DNA of 64,000 nucleotides from Squalus acanthias (lineage: Eukaryota): the NCBI GenBank assembly GCA_030390025.1, contig CM059432.1, positions 132,310,001 through 132,374,000 of the forward strand. The letters are read 5' to 3'. The notes beneath the pieces were generated by a model, which was given only the letters and a program-made list of their open reading frames with translations, was not told the DNA's origin and searched no databases. Numbering within the stretch: position 1 is the stretch's first letter; each line of letters starts with the position of its first letter. This document shows, piece after piece, positions 25,095-37,424 of the stretch. A program made the translations under genes and the position numbers.

Positions 25095-26140
25095 AGAAGG
25101 CAGTGACTAGTGGGGTACCGCAGGGATCGGTCCTAGGACCCCAGCTATTCACAATATATATTAATGATCTAGACGAGGGAACTAGATGTAATATCTCCAA
25201 GTTTGCAGACGACACAAAGCTGGGTGGGTGTGTGTGCTGTGAGGAGGATGCCGAGAAACTCCAGTATGATTTGGATAGGTTGGGTGATTGGGCAGATGCA
25301 TGGCAAATGCAGTACAATGTGGATAAATGCGAGGTTATCCACTTTGGTGGCAAAAACAGGAAGGCAGATTATTATCTGAACGGCAATAGATTGGGAGAAG
25401 GGGAAGTGCAACGAGACCTGGGTGTCCTTGTGCACCAGTCGCTGAAGGTAAGCATGCAGGTGCAGCAGGCGGTTAAGAAGGCAAATGGTATGTTGGCCTT
25501 CATAGCGAGAGGATTCGAGTACAGGAGCAAGGATGTCTTGCTGCAGTTGTACAGAGCCTTGGTGAGACTACATCTTGAGTATTGTGTGCAGTTTTGGTCG
25601 CCTTATGTGAGGAAGGATGTTCTTGCCATGGAGGCAGTGCAGCGAAGATTCACCAGACTGATATCTGGGATGGCAGGAATGACGTATGAGGAGAGATTGG
25701 GTCGATTGGGCTTATACTCGCTGGAGTTTAGAAGAATGAGAGGGGATCTCATTGAAACTTATAAAATTCTAACAGGACTAGACAGACTAGATGCAGGAAG
25801 GATGTTCCCGATGGCCGGGGAGTCCAGAGCCAGGGGTCACAGTCCTAAGGATAAGGGGTAAGCCATTTAGGACAGAGATGAGGAGGAATTTCTTCACCCA
25901 AAGAGTGGTGAACCTGTGGAATTCTCTACCACAGAAGGCAGTTGAGGCCAACTCATTAAATATATTCAAGAAGGAGTTAGATTTATTTCTTAAGGCTAAA
26001 GGGATCAAGGGATATGGGGAGAAGGCAGGGACAGGGTACTGAATTTGGATGATCAGCCATGATCTCATTGAATGGCGGAGCAGGCTCAAGGGGCCGAATG
26101 GCCTACTCCTGCTCCTATCTTCTATGATTCTATGATTCTA
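25095..26140 (+). mobile_element. CR1/HER1-type LINE, RT C-terminal half plus 3' UTR
   Basis: SGVPQGSVLGPQLFTIYINDL..SKFADDTKL; (ATTCTATG)n tail. Confidence 0.93.
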
Positions 26141-26299
26141 TCTCCCTATACAGACTTCCGCTAGAAAGTAATGTTTTCATAGTTAGAACAAGGGAATCTG
26201 CGGAGATAATCTAACTAATAGCTTACTAGCTTTCAAAGCAGCACACACGATCGCTGTTACAGTGAAGGCGATATCTTTTATCCAGCTGTTTGTTACATG

Positions 26300-26780
26300 A
26301 CAACAACAACAACAACTTGCATTTATATAGCGCCTTTAACGTAGTAAAACATCCCAAGGCGCTCCACAGGAGAATTATAAGACAAACAAATTTGACACTG
26401 AGCAACATAAGGAGAAATTAGGGCAGGTGTCCAAAAACTTGGTCAAAGAGGTAGGTTTTAAGGAGCGTCTTAAAGGAGGAAAGAGAGGTGGAGAGGCGGG
26501 GAGGTTTAGGGAGGGAATTCCAGAGCTTAGGGCCCAGGCAGCTGAAGGCACGGCCACCAATGGTTGAGCGATTATAATCAGGGATGCTCAAGAGGGCAGA
26601 ATTAGAGGAGCGCAGATATCTCGGGGGGTTGTGGGGCTGAAGGAGATTACAGAGATCTGGTGGGGTGAGGCCATGGAGGGATTTGAAAACAAGGATGAGA
26701 ATTTTGAAATCGAGGCGTTGCTTAACCGGAAGCCAATGTAGGTCAGCGAGCACAGGGGTGATGTGTGAATGAAACTTGGT
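26300..26780 (-). mobile_element. L2-type LINE 3' fragment
   Basis: HITPVLADLHWLPVKQRLDFKIL...FKTLLKTYLF; (TTG)n tail. Confidence 0.9.
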
Positions 26781-27379
26781 GTTTATGTTACGAGCTTTCA
26801 GGTTCGCTGACTTCACTTCATTCGATAAGGATCTGAACGGAGAATGGGGGCTGTTACATCACTCCAAGGGACCTCGGTCATCCTGAAAGCTTGGGGGAAA
26901 AAAAACCCTCGTCATCTAACTGGCAGTTGAATAAAAGATATTATGTTGACTGTAACAATGCTTCTGTACAATTTGTGGAGAATTTGAACTAATCTCTGAA
27001 AATGATCTGGCATGTTTAAAGTTCAAAGGTTGCAGTTGTTCTCTTTTCTTTTAAATCATAGACATATAAAACAACATATTTTTAATGGCAGATTATACTC
27101 AGACCAATTGGTCCCACTGACTTCTGCGGCAAGGCTTCCTCTACTGTGCCACATCACCGCCTCCTAATACAGCACTGTAACATTTCCCACAGGGGCTGTC
27201 CTTACCAGTCCTCTGAGTGACATCACCAATTTAATGCCAATTAAATGTTGAAGTAGGGCAGTTTTATGCTGTGGAATTATGCACACTAAGGACTTAATTG
27301 TGACTGTCTAAACTTGGTTCATATACAACCCTTCTAGGCCTGTGCGCACTTTCAGGTATTACAAAGTATTACAAAGTAC

Positions 27380-27810
27380 TTACAGCACAGGAACAGGCCA
27401 TTCAGCCCAATAGGTCCATGTCGGAATTTATGCTCCAAATGATCCTCCTCCCATTGCTCTTCATCTAACTTTATTAACATATTCTTCTATTCCTTTCTCC
27501 CTCATGTGCTTATCTGACGTACCCTTGAATGCATCTATGCTATTCGCCTCAACTACTCTCTCTGGTAACGAGTTCCACATTCTTTCCACTCTCTGGGCAA
27601 AGAAGTTACTTCTGAATTCCTTATTTGATTTATTAGTGACTATCTTATATTTATGTCCCCTAGTTCTGGTCTCCCCTGCAAGTGGAAACATCTTCTCTAT
27701 GTCTATCCTATCAAATCCTTTCATAATCTTGAAGACCTCTATCAGGTCACCCCTCAGTCTTTGCTTTTCAAGAGAAAAGAGCCCCAGCCTGTTCAATATT
27801 TCCTGATAGG
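27380..27810 (-). mobile_element. CR1-type LINE 3' fragment
   Basis: LGLFSLEKQRLRGDLIEVFKIMKGFDR. Confidence 0.88.
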
Positions 27811-27999
27811 TAGTTCTACTTTGCATAACTGATCAATGGTGGCTTCTTGGCCCATTTTCCTCCTCCGTGGAATAAAAAGGCTGAGGGTAATTGTCGTGTC
27901 CTTACCTGAAATGCGACATCCTAACTCAGCAAAGACCAGGGATCGAACCTCGAACTGTCATGGTCTTTGTGGCTCAGTATCATATTATGCCACATCAAG

Positions 28000-29320
28000 A
28001 ACAATTATTTGCATTGATATAGCACCTTTAACGCAGTAAAATGTCCCAAGGTGCTTCACAGGAGTGTTATCAAACAAAATTTGACACCGAGCCACATAAG
28101 GAGATATTAAGACAGCAAGAGGTAGGTTTTAAGGAGGAAAGAGAGGTAGAGAGGCGGAGAGGTTGAGGGAGGGAATTCCAGAGCTTAGGGCCTAGGCAGC
28201 TGAAGGCACGGCCACCAATGGTGGAGCGATTAAAATAGGGGATGTACAAGAGCCAGAATTGGAGGAGCGCAGGGATCTCGGCGGGTTGTAGGGCTGGAGC
28301 AGGTTACAGAGATAGGGATGGGCGAGGCCATTGAGGGATTTGAAAACAAGGATGAGAATTTTAAAATCGAGGCATTGCCACACTGGCAGCCAAAGTAGGT
28401 CAGTGAGCACAGGGGTGATGGTTGAATGGGACTTTTTTTTTATTCGTTTATGGGATCTGGGCGTCGCTGGCAAAGCCAGCATTTATTGCCCATCCCTAAT
28501 TGCCCTTGAGAAGGTGGTGGTGAGCCGCCTTCTTGAACCGCTGTAGTCCGTGTGGTTAAGGTACTCCCACATTGCTGTTAGGTAGGGAGTTCCAGGATTT
28601 TGACCCAGCGATGATGAAGGATCGGCGATATACTTCTAAGTCAGGATGGTGTGTGACTTGGAGGGGAACTTGGAGGTGCTGGTGTTCCTATGCGCCTGCT
28701 GCCCTTGTCCTTCTAGGTGGAAAAGGTCGCGGGTTTGGGAGGTGCTGCCAAAGAAGCCTTGGCGAGTTGCTGCAGTGCATCTTGTAGATGGTACATACTG
28801 CAGCCACGGTACGCCGGTGGTGGAGGGAGTGAATGTTTAAGGTGGTGGATGGGGTGGCAATCAAGCGGGCTGCTTTGTCCTGGATGGTGTCGAGCTTCTT
28901 GAGTGTTGTTGGAGCTGCACTCATCCAGGCAAATGGTAAGTATTCCATCACACTCTTTACTTGTGCCTTGTAGATGGTGGAAAGGTTTGGGGAGTCAGAA
29001 GGTGAGACACTCGCCGCAGAATACCTAGCCTCTGACCTGCTGTTGTTGCCACAGTATTTATGTGGCTGGTCCAGTTAAGTTTCTGGTCAATGGTGACCCC
29101 CAGGATGTTGATGGTGGGAGATTCGGCGATGGTAATGCCGTTGAATGTCAAGGGGAGGTGGTTAGACTCTCGCTTGTTGAACGTCGTCCAGGTCTTGTTG
29201 CATGCGGGACTTGGTGCGAGCTAGGACACGGGCAGCAGAGCTTTGGACGAGCTGAAGTTTATGGAGGGTGCAAGGTGGGAGGCCAGCCAGGAGAGCGTTG
29301 GAATAGTCGAGTCTAGAGGC
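28000..29320 (-). mobile_element. L2 fragment interrupted at 28435-29205 by a third-family LINE
   Basis: L2 motifs (SRLDYSNALL; ITPVLTDL.WLPV) flank the insert; TSD GGGACTT at 28428-28434 and 29206-29212. Confidence 0.85.
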
Positions 29321-29689
29321 AACTATGGCACAGGAGCACATATGGGAATATGGCCCAAAGGCATGATTTTCCATCCAGTGTGGGGTGTGTTAACCTCCGC
29401 ACCTGAATCCCAATATTTACTCCTGTTGTGTGAAGCTTTGCTAATTTGTCAATTCTACCCCTATTTGCGTTGTTGTGCTATTGCGTGCTTCAGGTAAAAC
29501 TAGATTGCCTCACATTTTAGAGTTTAAAATATCAGCTCACCACAAAATGGTGGAAAGAAAAATCACAAATCAAATCTGTGCTGTTTTTAAGTCATAGTAA
29601 GTTCACGTCATTTTGCTATTTATTCCCCTCTTTAAATTATTTTTCTTCCTGCTTCTCCTGAAGGTGTTGACTCTCCTACTCGGGTACAT

Positions 29690-30030
29690 GTTACAGGCGC
29701 TGGTAGCCCTCATGTACCTCACCTTAGTGGCCATTCTTCATGTGTGAGTCTAGATAATGATTATTGGCAGGCTCGTCAACAAAGGCAAGCATCACTGCCA
29801 AACCTATTCCTGTTTTCATCCAGCATTCATGTGTGTTTAGTTTTCAGCGGTGATCGCTGGATAACAGTCTGCACCAGGAAACTTGGCTGATTTTATTTTC
29901 CCTAGCCCAGGGACACTGAGGTGATTTGAAGTGTCCCAATTCCCGCCATTACTGACATCAACACAGCACAGGCTGGCAGTCGAACCTGGGGCCTTCTTGG
30001 TCTGTGCAGCTTCCTGCTACAATACTGGGT
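29690..30030 (-). mobile_element. Old tRNA-derived SINE-like repeat
   Basis: Minus-strand B box GGTTCGACT; body homologous to about 9365-9495, 14030-14270 and 62950-63115. Confidence 0.55.
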
Positions 30031-31703
30031 AGTGCCATTAACTATTAAACTGCGGGCAAGCTGTATATAAACACAGATTCACACTGTAAGCTTACAGTGG
30101 GTCTGGGAGGTTGGCTGCCTATCTTACAACACTTTTACTTTATAGTTTGAGCCTTGGGAGTGCAGCGTTCAAGTGGAGCGCTCTGCTTGTCTATTCTGAC
30201 TTGACACTGCTCCTAATCAAGGCTTGTTGGAGACTCCAACTGCAGCTTTGCACCTATAAGCAGATGTTGTTGAAAGATACATTTGAAGAAAGAAAGAAAG
30301 AAAAAAAGAAAGGAGAACCAAACTTGTCACCTTCCTGGTCTGTACAGCGTACTGCTACACCATTGGGTATTACTTGAGAATCACACCTAATAATGCCATG
30401 TTGTAGGCCTAGGAATTGAGCTAGCGCTGGTTAACTGCTTGCTGGTAGTGTATTTAGTTAAATGCACTGTCTCGATTGTCTAGTAATTGGATTTTGTGCT
30501 TGGTTCACCAAGAGTTAGTCGGGATGTTGTGTTCTGGGGCAGAACTAAATCCCTTTAACTCTGGTTTACTAAAGCTGGTTAACAATGGCTCAGCAGCCGC
30601 TCAGGGGTGATGTCAAGAAGCACTTCGTCACACAAAGGGGAGTGGAAATCTGGAACTCTCTCCCCCAAAAAGCTGTTGAGGCTGGGGGTCAATTGAACAT
30701 TTCAAAACTGAGATTGATAGATTTTTGTTAGGTAAGGATATTAAGGGTTACAGAACCAAAGTGGGTAAATGGAGTTAAGATTTAGATCAGCCATGATCTA
30801 ATTGAATGGCGGAACCGGCTCGAGGGGCTAACTGGCCTACTCCTGTTCCTATATTCCTAATACTAAACACATCTGATCTTTTAAATCACTTTGGGATTCT
30901 TAATGCATTAAATAATTATTGTTGAGGGGAAACAGGAAACAGGCAGAATATAATTATGAGGGCTCCAGGGTGTAAGGAAATAAATCCATAAATCTACATT
31001 TAGCAAACTTAAATTCTCTTTGATATTCTAATATCTTCTCTATGGGTAATAATGGTGCCTTTGCATTCTGAAAACATGTTGCCCCCAATCTGACATTTTG
31101 AGATGCTGCTCAGCAGCGCACACTCCCAGAACCTTTGACCCTGCAGAACCTGCAGCAATGTGGTTGGCTCTTGACAGCCCTCTGAAATGGCCTAGCAAGC
31201 CACTCATTCGTTTCAAGAGGGCGGCTCATCACCACCTTCTCAAGGGATGGGCAATAAATGCTGGCCTTGCCAGCGACGCCCGCATCCCATGAATGAATAG
31301 AAAAAAATCGTAGCTATTTTCTACCGGTTGATTTCTACAGTCTGATTACATTATGGCACTATTCCAAAGAACAGTTCTCCCCGGTGTCCTGGTCAATATT
31401 TATCTCTCAACCACTATCACTAAAAAGAGATCATCTGGTCATTATCACATTGCTGTTTGAGGGACCTTGCTGCGTGCAAATTGGCTGCCACATTTCCTAT
31501 GTTACAACAGTGACTACACTTCAAAAGTACTTCAGATTGTCGCAACAACTCAACTGGTTCACTAATGTCCAAAGTGGTTGACTCTTAACCACCCTCTGAA
31601 GTGGCCTAGCAAGCTTCTCAGTTAGGTCAATTGGGGATGGGCAATAAATGCCAGCGACACCCACAGCCAGTTTCTTGCTCCTCAGATTTGAACACTGCCT
31701 GGA

Positions 31704-31951
31704 TAGGGTTGCCAACCCTCCAGGATTGTCCTGGAGTCTCCAGGAATTAAAGATTGATCTCCTGGATACGGGTGTGAGCAAACCCGGGAGAAAAATCATA
31801 GGGGGCATTTTCTATGAACACTTTTGTTTATTAGTTGTAAAAATGTTGGAGATGGGGGAAAGAAGGCTGTTCGACTGGGCGGGGCAGTTGGAGGTGAGAC
31901 ATCGTGTGATGAAACCTCCAGGAATATGTCCAACCAGGAATGACAACCCTA
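31704..31951. mobile_element. hAT MITE (TAGGGTTGCCA ends)
   Basis: TIR TAGGGTTGCCA / TGACAACCCTA; TSD TGCCTGGA / TGCCCGGA. Confidence 0.85.
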
Positions 31952-32349
31952 TGCCCGGAGCAGCCAGCCAGTTAAAGCTGTCAATCAAACTACTTCATGG
32001 GACACGCGTGGCTCCTGGCTTTTTCGATTCCTGGCAGGTGGGGAGGGGAAGTGGGCAGCCATGAGATAAGATGGCGGCCCCAAAGATTGTTCCAGGAGGC
32101 ATGTGGGGTAGGGTGACAATGGGAGTGTTAGCTCCAAACTAGCAGCTCAAGGGACTGCCTGGGCCAAGTAAGGATGGGTTTCGACACAGCAGCTTGCAGC
32201 TTCGTGGAGTGTGGTAGCTGCCCTCTGGTGTGGCGCCCCCCCGCCCCCCCCCCAGCTCCTCCGTCACACCCTGGTTCTACACCAGACACCTGGTTATTCC
32301 CATCTTGTGCCTCCTGCTGCACAATTGTATTCACTATTCATCAAACAAA

Positions 32350-32905
32350 TGCTGCTGAAACCCTCATCCATGCTTTTGTTACCTCCAGACTTGTCTATTG
32401 TAATGCTCTCCAGACTGGCCATCCACCTACCACCCTCTGTAAACTTCAGCTTATCCAAAACTCTGCTGCCCGTATCCTGACTCACACCGTCCTGTTTACC
32501 CACCACCCCTGTGCTCGCTGACCTACATTGTCTTCAAATCCATTCATGGCCTCCCCCCTCCCTATCTCTGTAATCTCCTCCAGCCCTACAACCCTCTGAG
32601 ATCTCTGCGCTGCTCTAATTCTGGCCTCTTAAGCATCCCCGATTTTCATCGCTCCGCCATTGGTGGCCGTGTCTTCAGCTGCCTAGGCCCTACGCTTTGG
32701 ATTTCCCTCCCTAAATCTCTCCGCCTCTCAACCCCCCTCTCCTCCTTTAAGACACTCCTTAAAACCAATCTTATGGACCAAACTTTTGGTCACTTGTCCT
32801 AATATCTCCTTATGTGGCTTGGTGTTAAATGTTGTCTGATAATGCTCCTGTGAAGCGCCTTGGGACATTTCACTCTGTTAAAGGTGCTAAATAAATGCAA
32901 GTTGT
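32350..32905 (+). mobile_element. L2-type LINE 3' fragment
   Basis: AAETLIHAFVTSRLVYCN..LQLIQNSAARILT. Confidence 0.88.
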
Positions 32906-32914
32906 TGCTGTAAG

Positions 32915-34268
32915 TTGTTCCCGCAATTCCATGTTTGAATCCCTCCAATCAGGTTTCCACCCTTGCCACAGTACCGAAACGGCTCTCATCAAAGTCACAA
33001 ATGACATCCTTTGTGACAGTGACAAAGGTAAACTATTCCTCCTCGTCCTTCTTGACTTGTCTGCAGCCTTTGACATGGTTGACCACTCTATCCTTCTCCA
33101 ACACCTCTCCACCGTCGTCCAGCTGGGTGGGACTGCACTCGCCTGGTTCCATTCTTATCTATCTAATCGTAGCCAAAGAATCACCTGCAATGGCTTCTCT
33201 TCCTGCTCCCACATCATTACCTCTGGTGTCCCCCAAGGATCTATCCTTGGCCCCCTCCTATTTCTCATCTACATGTTGCCCCTTGGCAACATCATCTGAA
33301 AACACAGTATCAGTTTCCACATGTACGTTGACGACACCCAGCTCTACCTCACTACCGCTTCTCTGAACCCCTCCACGGTCTCTAAATTGTCAGACTGCTT
33401 GTCCGACATCCAGTTCTGGATGAGCAGAAATTTTCTCCAATTAAATATTGGGAAGACCGAAGCCATTGTTTTCGGTCCCCGCCACAAACTCCGTTCCCTA
33501 GCCACTGCCTCCATCCCTCTCCCTAATATCTGTCTGAGGCTGAACCACACTGTTCGCAACCTTGGTGTCATATTTGACCCTGAAATGAGCTTCCGACCAC
33601 ATATCCGCAGCAGAACTAAGAACGCCTATTTCCACCTCGGTAATATCGCCCGTCTCTGACCTTGCCTCATTCATCCGCTGCTGAAACCCTCATCCATGCC
33701 TTTGTTACCTCTAGACTTGACTATTCCAACGCACTCCTGGCCGGCCTCCCACATTCTATCCTACGTAAACTTGAAGTCATCCAAAACTCGGCTGCCCGTG
33801 TCTTAACTCGCACCAAGTCCCATTCGCCCATCACCCCTGTGCTCGCTGACCTACATTGGCTCCCGGTTAAGCAACGCCTCGATTTCAAAATTCTCATCCT
33901 TGCTTTCAAATCCCTCCATGGCCTCGCCCCTCCCTATCTCTGTAATCTTCTTCAGCCCCACAACCCCCCGACATATTCTGCCCTCTTTAGCATCCCTGAT
34001 TATAATCGCTCAACCATTGGTGGCCGTGCCTTCTGTTGCCTAGTCCCTTATCTCCGGAATTCCCTGCCTAAACCTCTCCACCTCTCTTTCCTCCTTTAAG
34101 ATGCTCCTTAAAACCTACCTCTTTGACCAAGCTTTTGGTCACCTGCCCTAATTTCTCCTTATGTGGCTCGGTGTCAAATTTTTTGTCTTTTAATACTCCT
34201 GTGAAGCGCCTTGGGATGTTTTACTGCGTTAAAGGTGCTAAATAAATACAAGTTGTCGTTGTTGTTGT
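32915..34268 (+). mobile_element. L2-type LINE, RT region with stops and frameshifts
   Basis: QSGF..HSTETALIKVTND..LLDLSAAFD..GVPQGSILGP..YVDDTQLY..HWLPV; (TTG)n tail. Confidence 0.93.
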
Positions 34269-36174
34269 AAAGCTATCGGCTATTAACAAATGGGGGTTTC
34301 AGCAGCAGTGAATACAGATAAGGGTGGATCTATTGCTGTTCCAGGAGCACTAAAATTACAGATCCTGTCCTGGAGAGAAATGACAGTAGATTTCCCTAAT
34401 TTCCTAGCACAATGTTTAATGTAGGTTTGTGGTCCAGTTTGGGTGCTGTGGTGACAATATCTGTGATCGTTATCTTTCATGTTCATGCCTGTTATTTACG
34501 GAATGGAAAGGTCTCTCCTTTCTTAAGGGAATGTAAACCGAGTGTGCACTGAGTGCGCACAAGCACTTCTGCTAACACCAGTCTGTATCCTCACACTTGC
34601 TTACATTAGCTATGTGATTTGTCTGCGGGTGATCACAATTGTTACATTATAGAATGGACTTTAGTTCGAATTCGAATCGCAGATCCACCTTTGTAAATGA
34701 AATGATATCTTAATGGTCAGGTATTGTTGAGAAAATGGTTGTGTAAATCTTACAATATTTTAGGCTATGTTTTCAACAAATGCAATCAAAATAGACCAGA
34801 TAAGTCCGAAGCAGCCCATTCATGGAGTCCTGCTGGTCAGGTGGTATTAACCAGTCATCTAGGCATAAAGAATTATGGTAATATCAGTTGCTTAAAGCGT
34901 ATAAATCAGCATATGTGGTCATCATCTTTTTTTAAGGAACAAAAGATATACCCAGCAAACGCTGTCACTTCTTTCCCCTCTTACAACATATACCGTCTTG
35001 TCTTCCAGAAACCATTGTGTCATTGGGGATTAGCGTACACGACATTTTATGAAGAAACCTCTCCGTACTTATGTGCTGGGTCTTGTCATGTTTACCCACA
35101 GGCTATAAAACAATGATAATCTGCTGCAGGATTTTGTCATCCAAGTGGCTGTGTCCAGGTCAACAGCTTGCAACAGGCGGGGAAACCCAAACCTGTTGAG
35201 GCAGACCTCAGCTGAGATGAAAGTAATGGGAGTGACAGTTACAGAGAGCGGGACATACTTTGCGTGAGCTAAACAAGCCCATCGGCTGTGTTTGTGACGG
35301 GAAGCCAAGGCCACAGTCCTGATGGTTATACATTGGTGGGATACGATGTTGATCCTGGTCAAAGAAGGCCTAAGGCTTCAGTGTTTGGAGCCATGCCTAG
35401 TCAGATTAGGTACAGGGCTACAATGTTTGACGGCGAACCTGGACAGACAAGGCCTCAGGCAGAAGCTGTTCAAACACATGATGTCAGAGGGACAGAAATT
35501 ATCCGCTGTAAGACCAAGGAGACAGATGACACCCAGCAGGAACAGAATCTGTAGTATCTGCACTACAGCTGGCTTGCCTTGGGGCACCTGCCTGTTTCAA
35601 CTGGAGTAGACATTGTCAATTAGATGTCAAATTAGCTCACAAGACTGGAGATGCTGAAAAGATTTAAGTGCTCAAAAGAGGCAGTGTATTAAAAAGTTTA
35701 ATAGAAGGGAATCTTCCTGTAGGAACTTTAAAATGAAAGGAGATGGTGATGCTAAATGAAAAGTAAAATGAAAGGTTGTGCTTTTATACATTTATCGATG
35801 TAGAGCTGAATGTACAAAAACCAGGTAGATTATACCTCGTGCTGATGGCCGCATGCTGACGACTTGTTTTATCGGAATGAAAAGCACAAAAAATAGAACA
35901 TGTTGTTCTTCCTGTTGTTAAGTGACAAGGTTATTGCAATTTCTGGATATCGTGATACAAAGCAAAAGCGAGTCATAGAATAAGCTGAACAGGGTGAATC
36001 AGAGGCATGCTCATGATATTGGGCTGGTTATGGGTTCAACCACTGATGCACACGTACATTTAAAAAGCAAGAGGGGATCCAACCGCACAGTTTATCCTTT
36101 GTTTTTGCAATGGCGAGATAGTTTTTAAAGAATTATTATATTGTCTTTTCTTGCCAATTTTCTTCCCTCCCCCA

Positions 36175-36505
36175 GCACAAGCATCGAGAGGTGCTCTGTA
36201 TGGTGCAGATGGGCAACCCACCAGTAACCAGAGGGTATGGCAGGTGTGGGAGGGCATGACCTCGGCCATGAGCGAACAATTACATACCCGGAGAAACTGC
36301 GGGGGTTGGGGGGGGGGAGGGGGGCGGGGGGTGGGGGGGGGGAGAGGGCGGGGGGTGGGGGGGGGGAGGGGCGGGCGTGCGCGGGGAGGTAGCCAGAAAA
36401 AGGCATCTGAGCTCAAAAAGAGTGCAAAGGTGACCACTGAGGACCTTGAGGAAATGGAGGCTGCCATATATGGAGGCTGCCACACCCGACCAGTTAGGGA
36501 AATTT
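36175..36505 (+). pseudogene. Possible decayed Myb/SANT-like gene remnant of Harbinger type
   Basis: RGALYGADGQ..RVWQVWEGMTSAMS...RR..KKASELKK resembles the Myb/SANT domain at 50853-50617; interrupted by a G-rich tract. Confidence 0.4.
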
Positions 36506-37424
36506 GAAAGGTGCCAGATGTGTTTGCCTGAGTAGCTTGGTGCACTTAATCTAAATTGATCTGCGAAGCTGCAACACTTGGAACACAAAGAGAAGTAATG
36601 AAGGTTGTGGAGAGCCAGGCTAAAAACGGATAACCTAAAATGATGTAGGAAAGATTGAAGACTGTCATTATTCACACATATAGCTGACAATTCCAGTGCA
36701 TTCAATTAGCCCCCAAACAATCTCTAAGGCAAGGTCATTTACATTTAGATAAATTATTCATTATCTCATAACACTGTGCTGCTGCCTAAAATACACGGCA
36801 CAAAATATCCACTCACTCAATGGATATTGGCTCCTGTATGTTCAGCAAAGCGAGACTCGCTGATGAAAGAAAGAACTTGCATTTCTATAGCGCCTTTCAC
36901 GACCTCAAGACGTTCCAAAGCGCTTTACAGCCAATGAAGTGTGGTCACTGTTGTAATGTGGGAAACGCGGCAGCCAATTTGCGCACAGCAAGCTCCCACA
37001 AACAGCAATGTGATGAAGCTTTGCTGATGTGTGGAATGAGTTGATAGGGACCTTCACAATGCCTCCGACGCTGCCCCCTATTAGACCCCTGCCTGAACCA
37101 GCTGAAAAGCCATTAACACCAGGCCATGTACTGAATGACATTACTCCCGAAAGGAATTTTAGCAATTTTGTGAAAAATTAGCGAATTCTCTGCTCGGGTT
37201 AGCTCTAACTGTGCCAGCACAAGCTTTGTCCCGTTGCAAAACAAATTCTATATTTTTTTTGTATGAATTAGTAGCTAGACCCAATATTTTAATAATTCAA
37301 ATGCTTTTTATTACTATTTGCTGACAGGGGTTTAGTCTATTGTATTTCTGTGGGGGGGGGCGGGGTGGGGTGGGGGGGGGGGTGGTGCAAGTCCACACCT
37401 GCTTGTCTGAAGTGAACTCTGATA

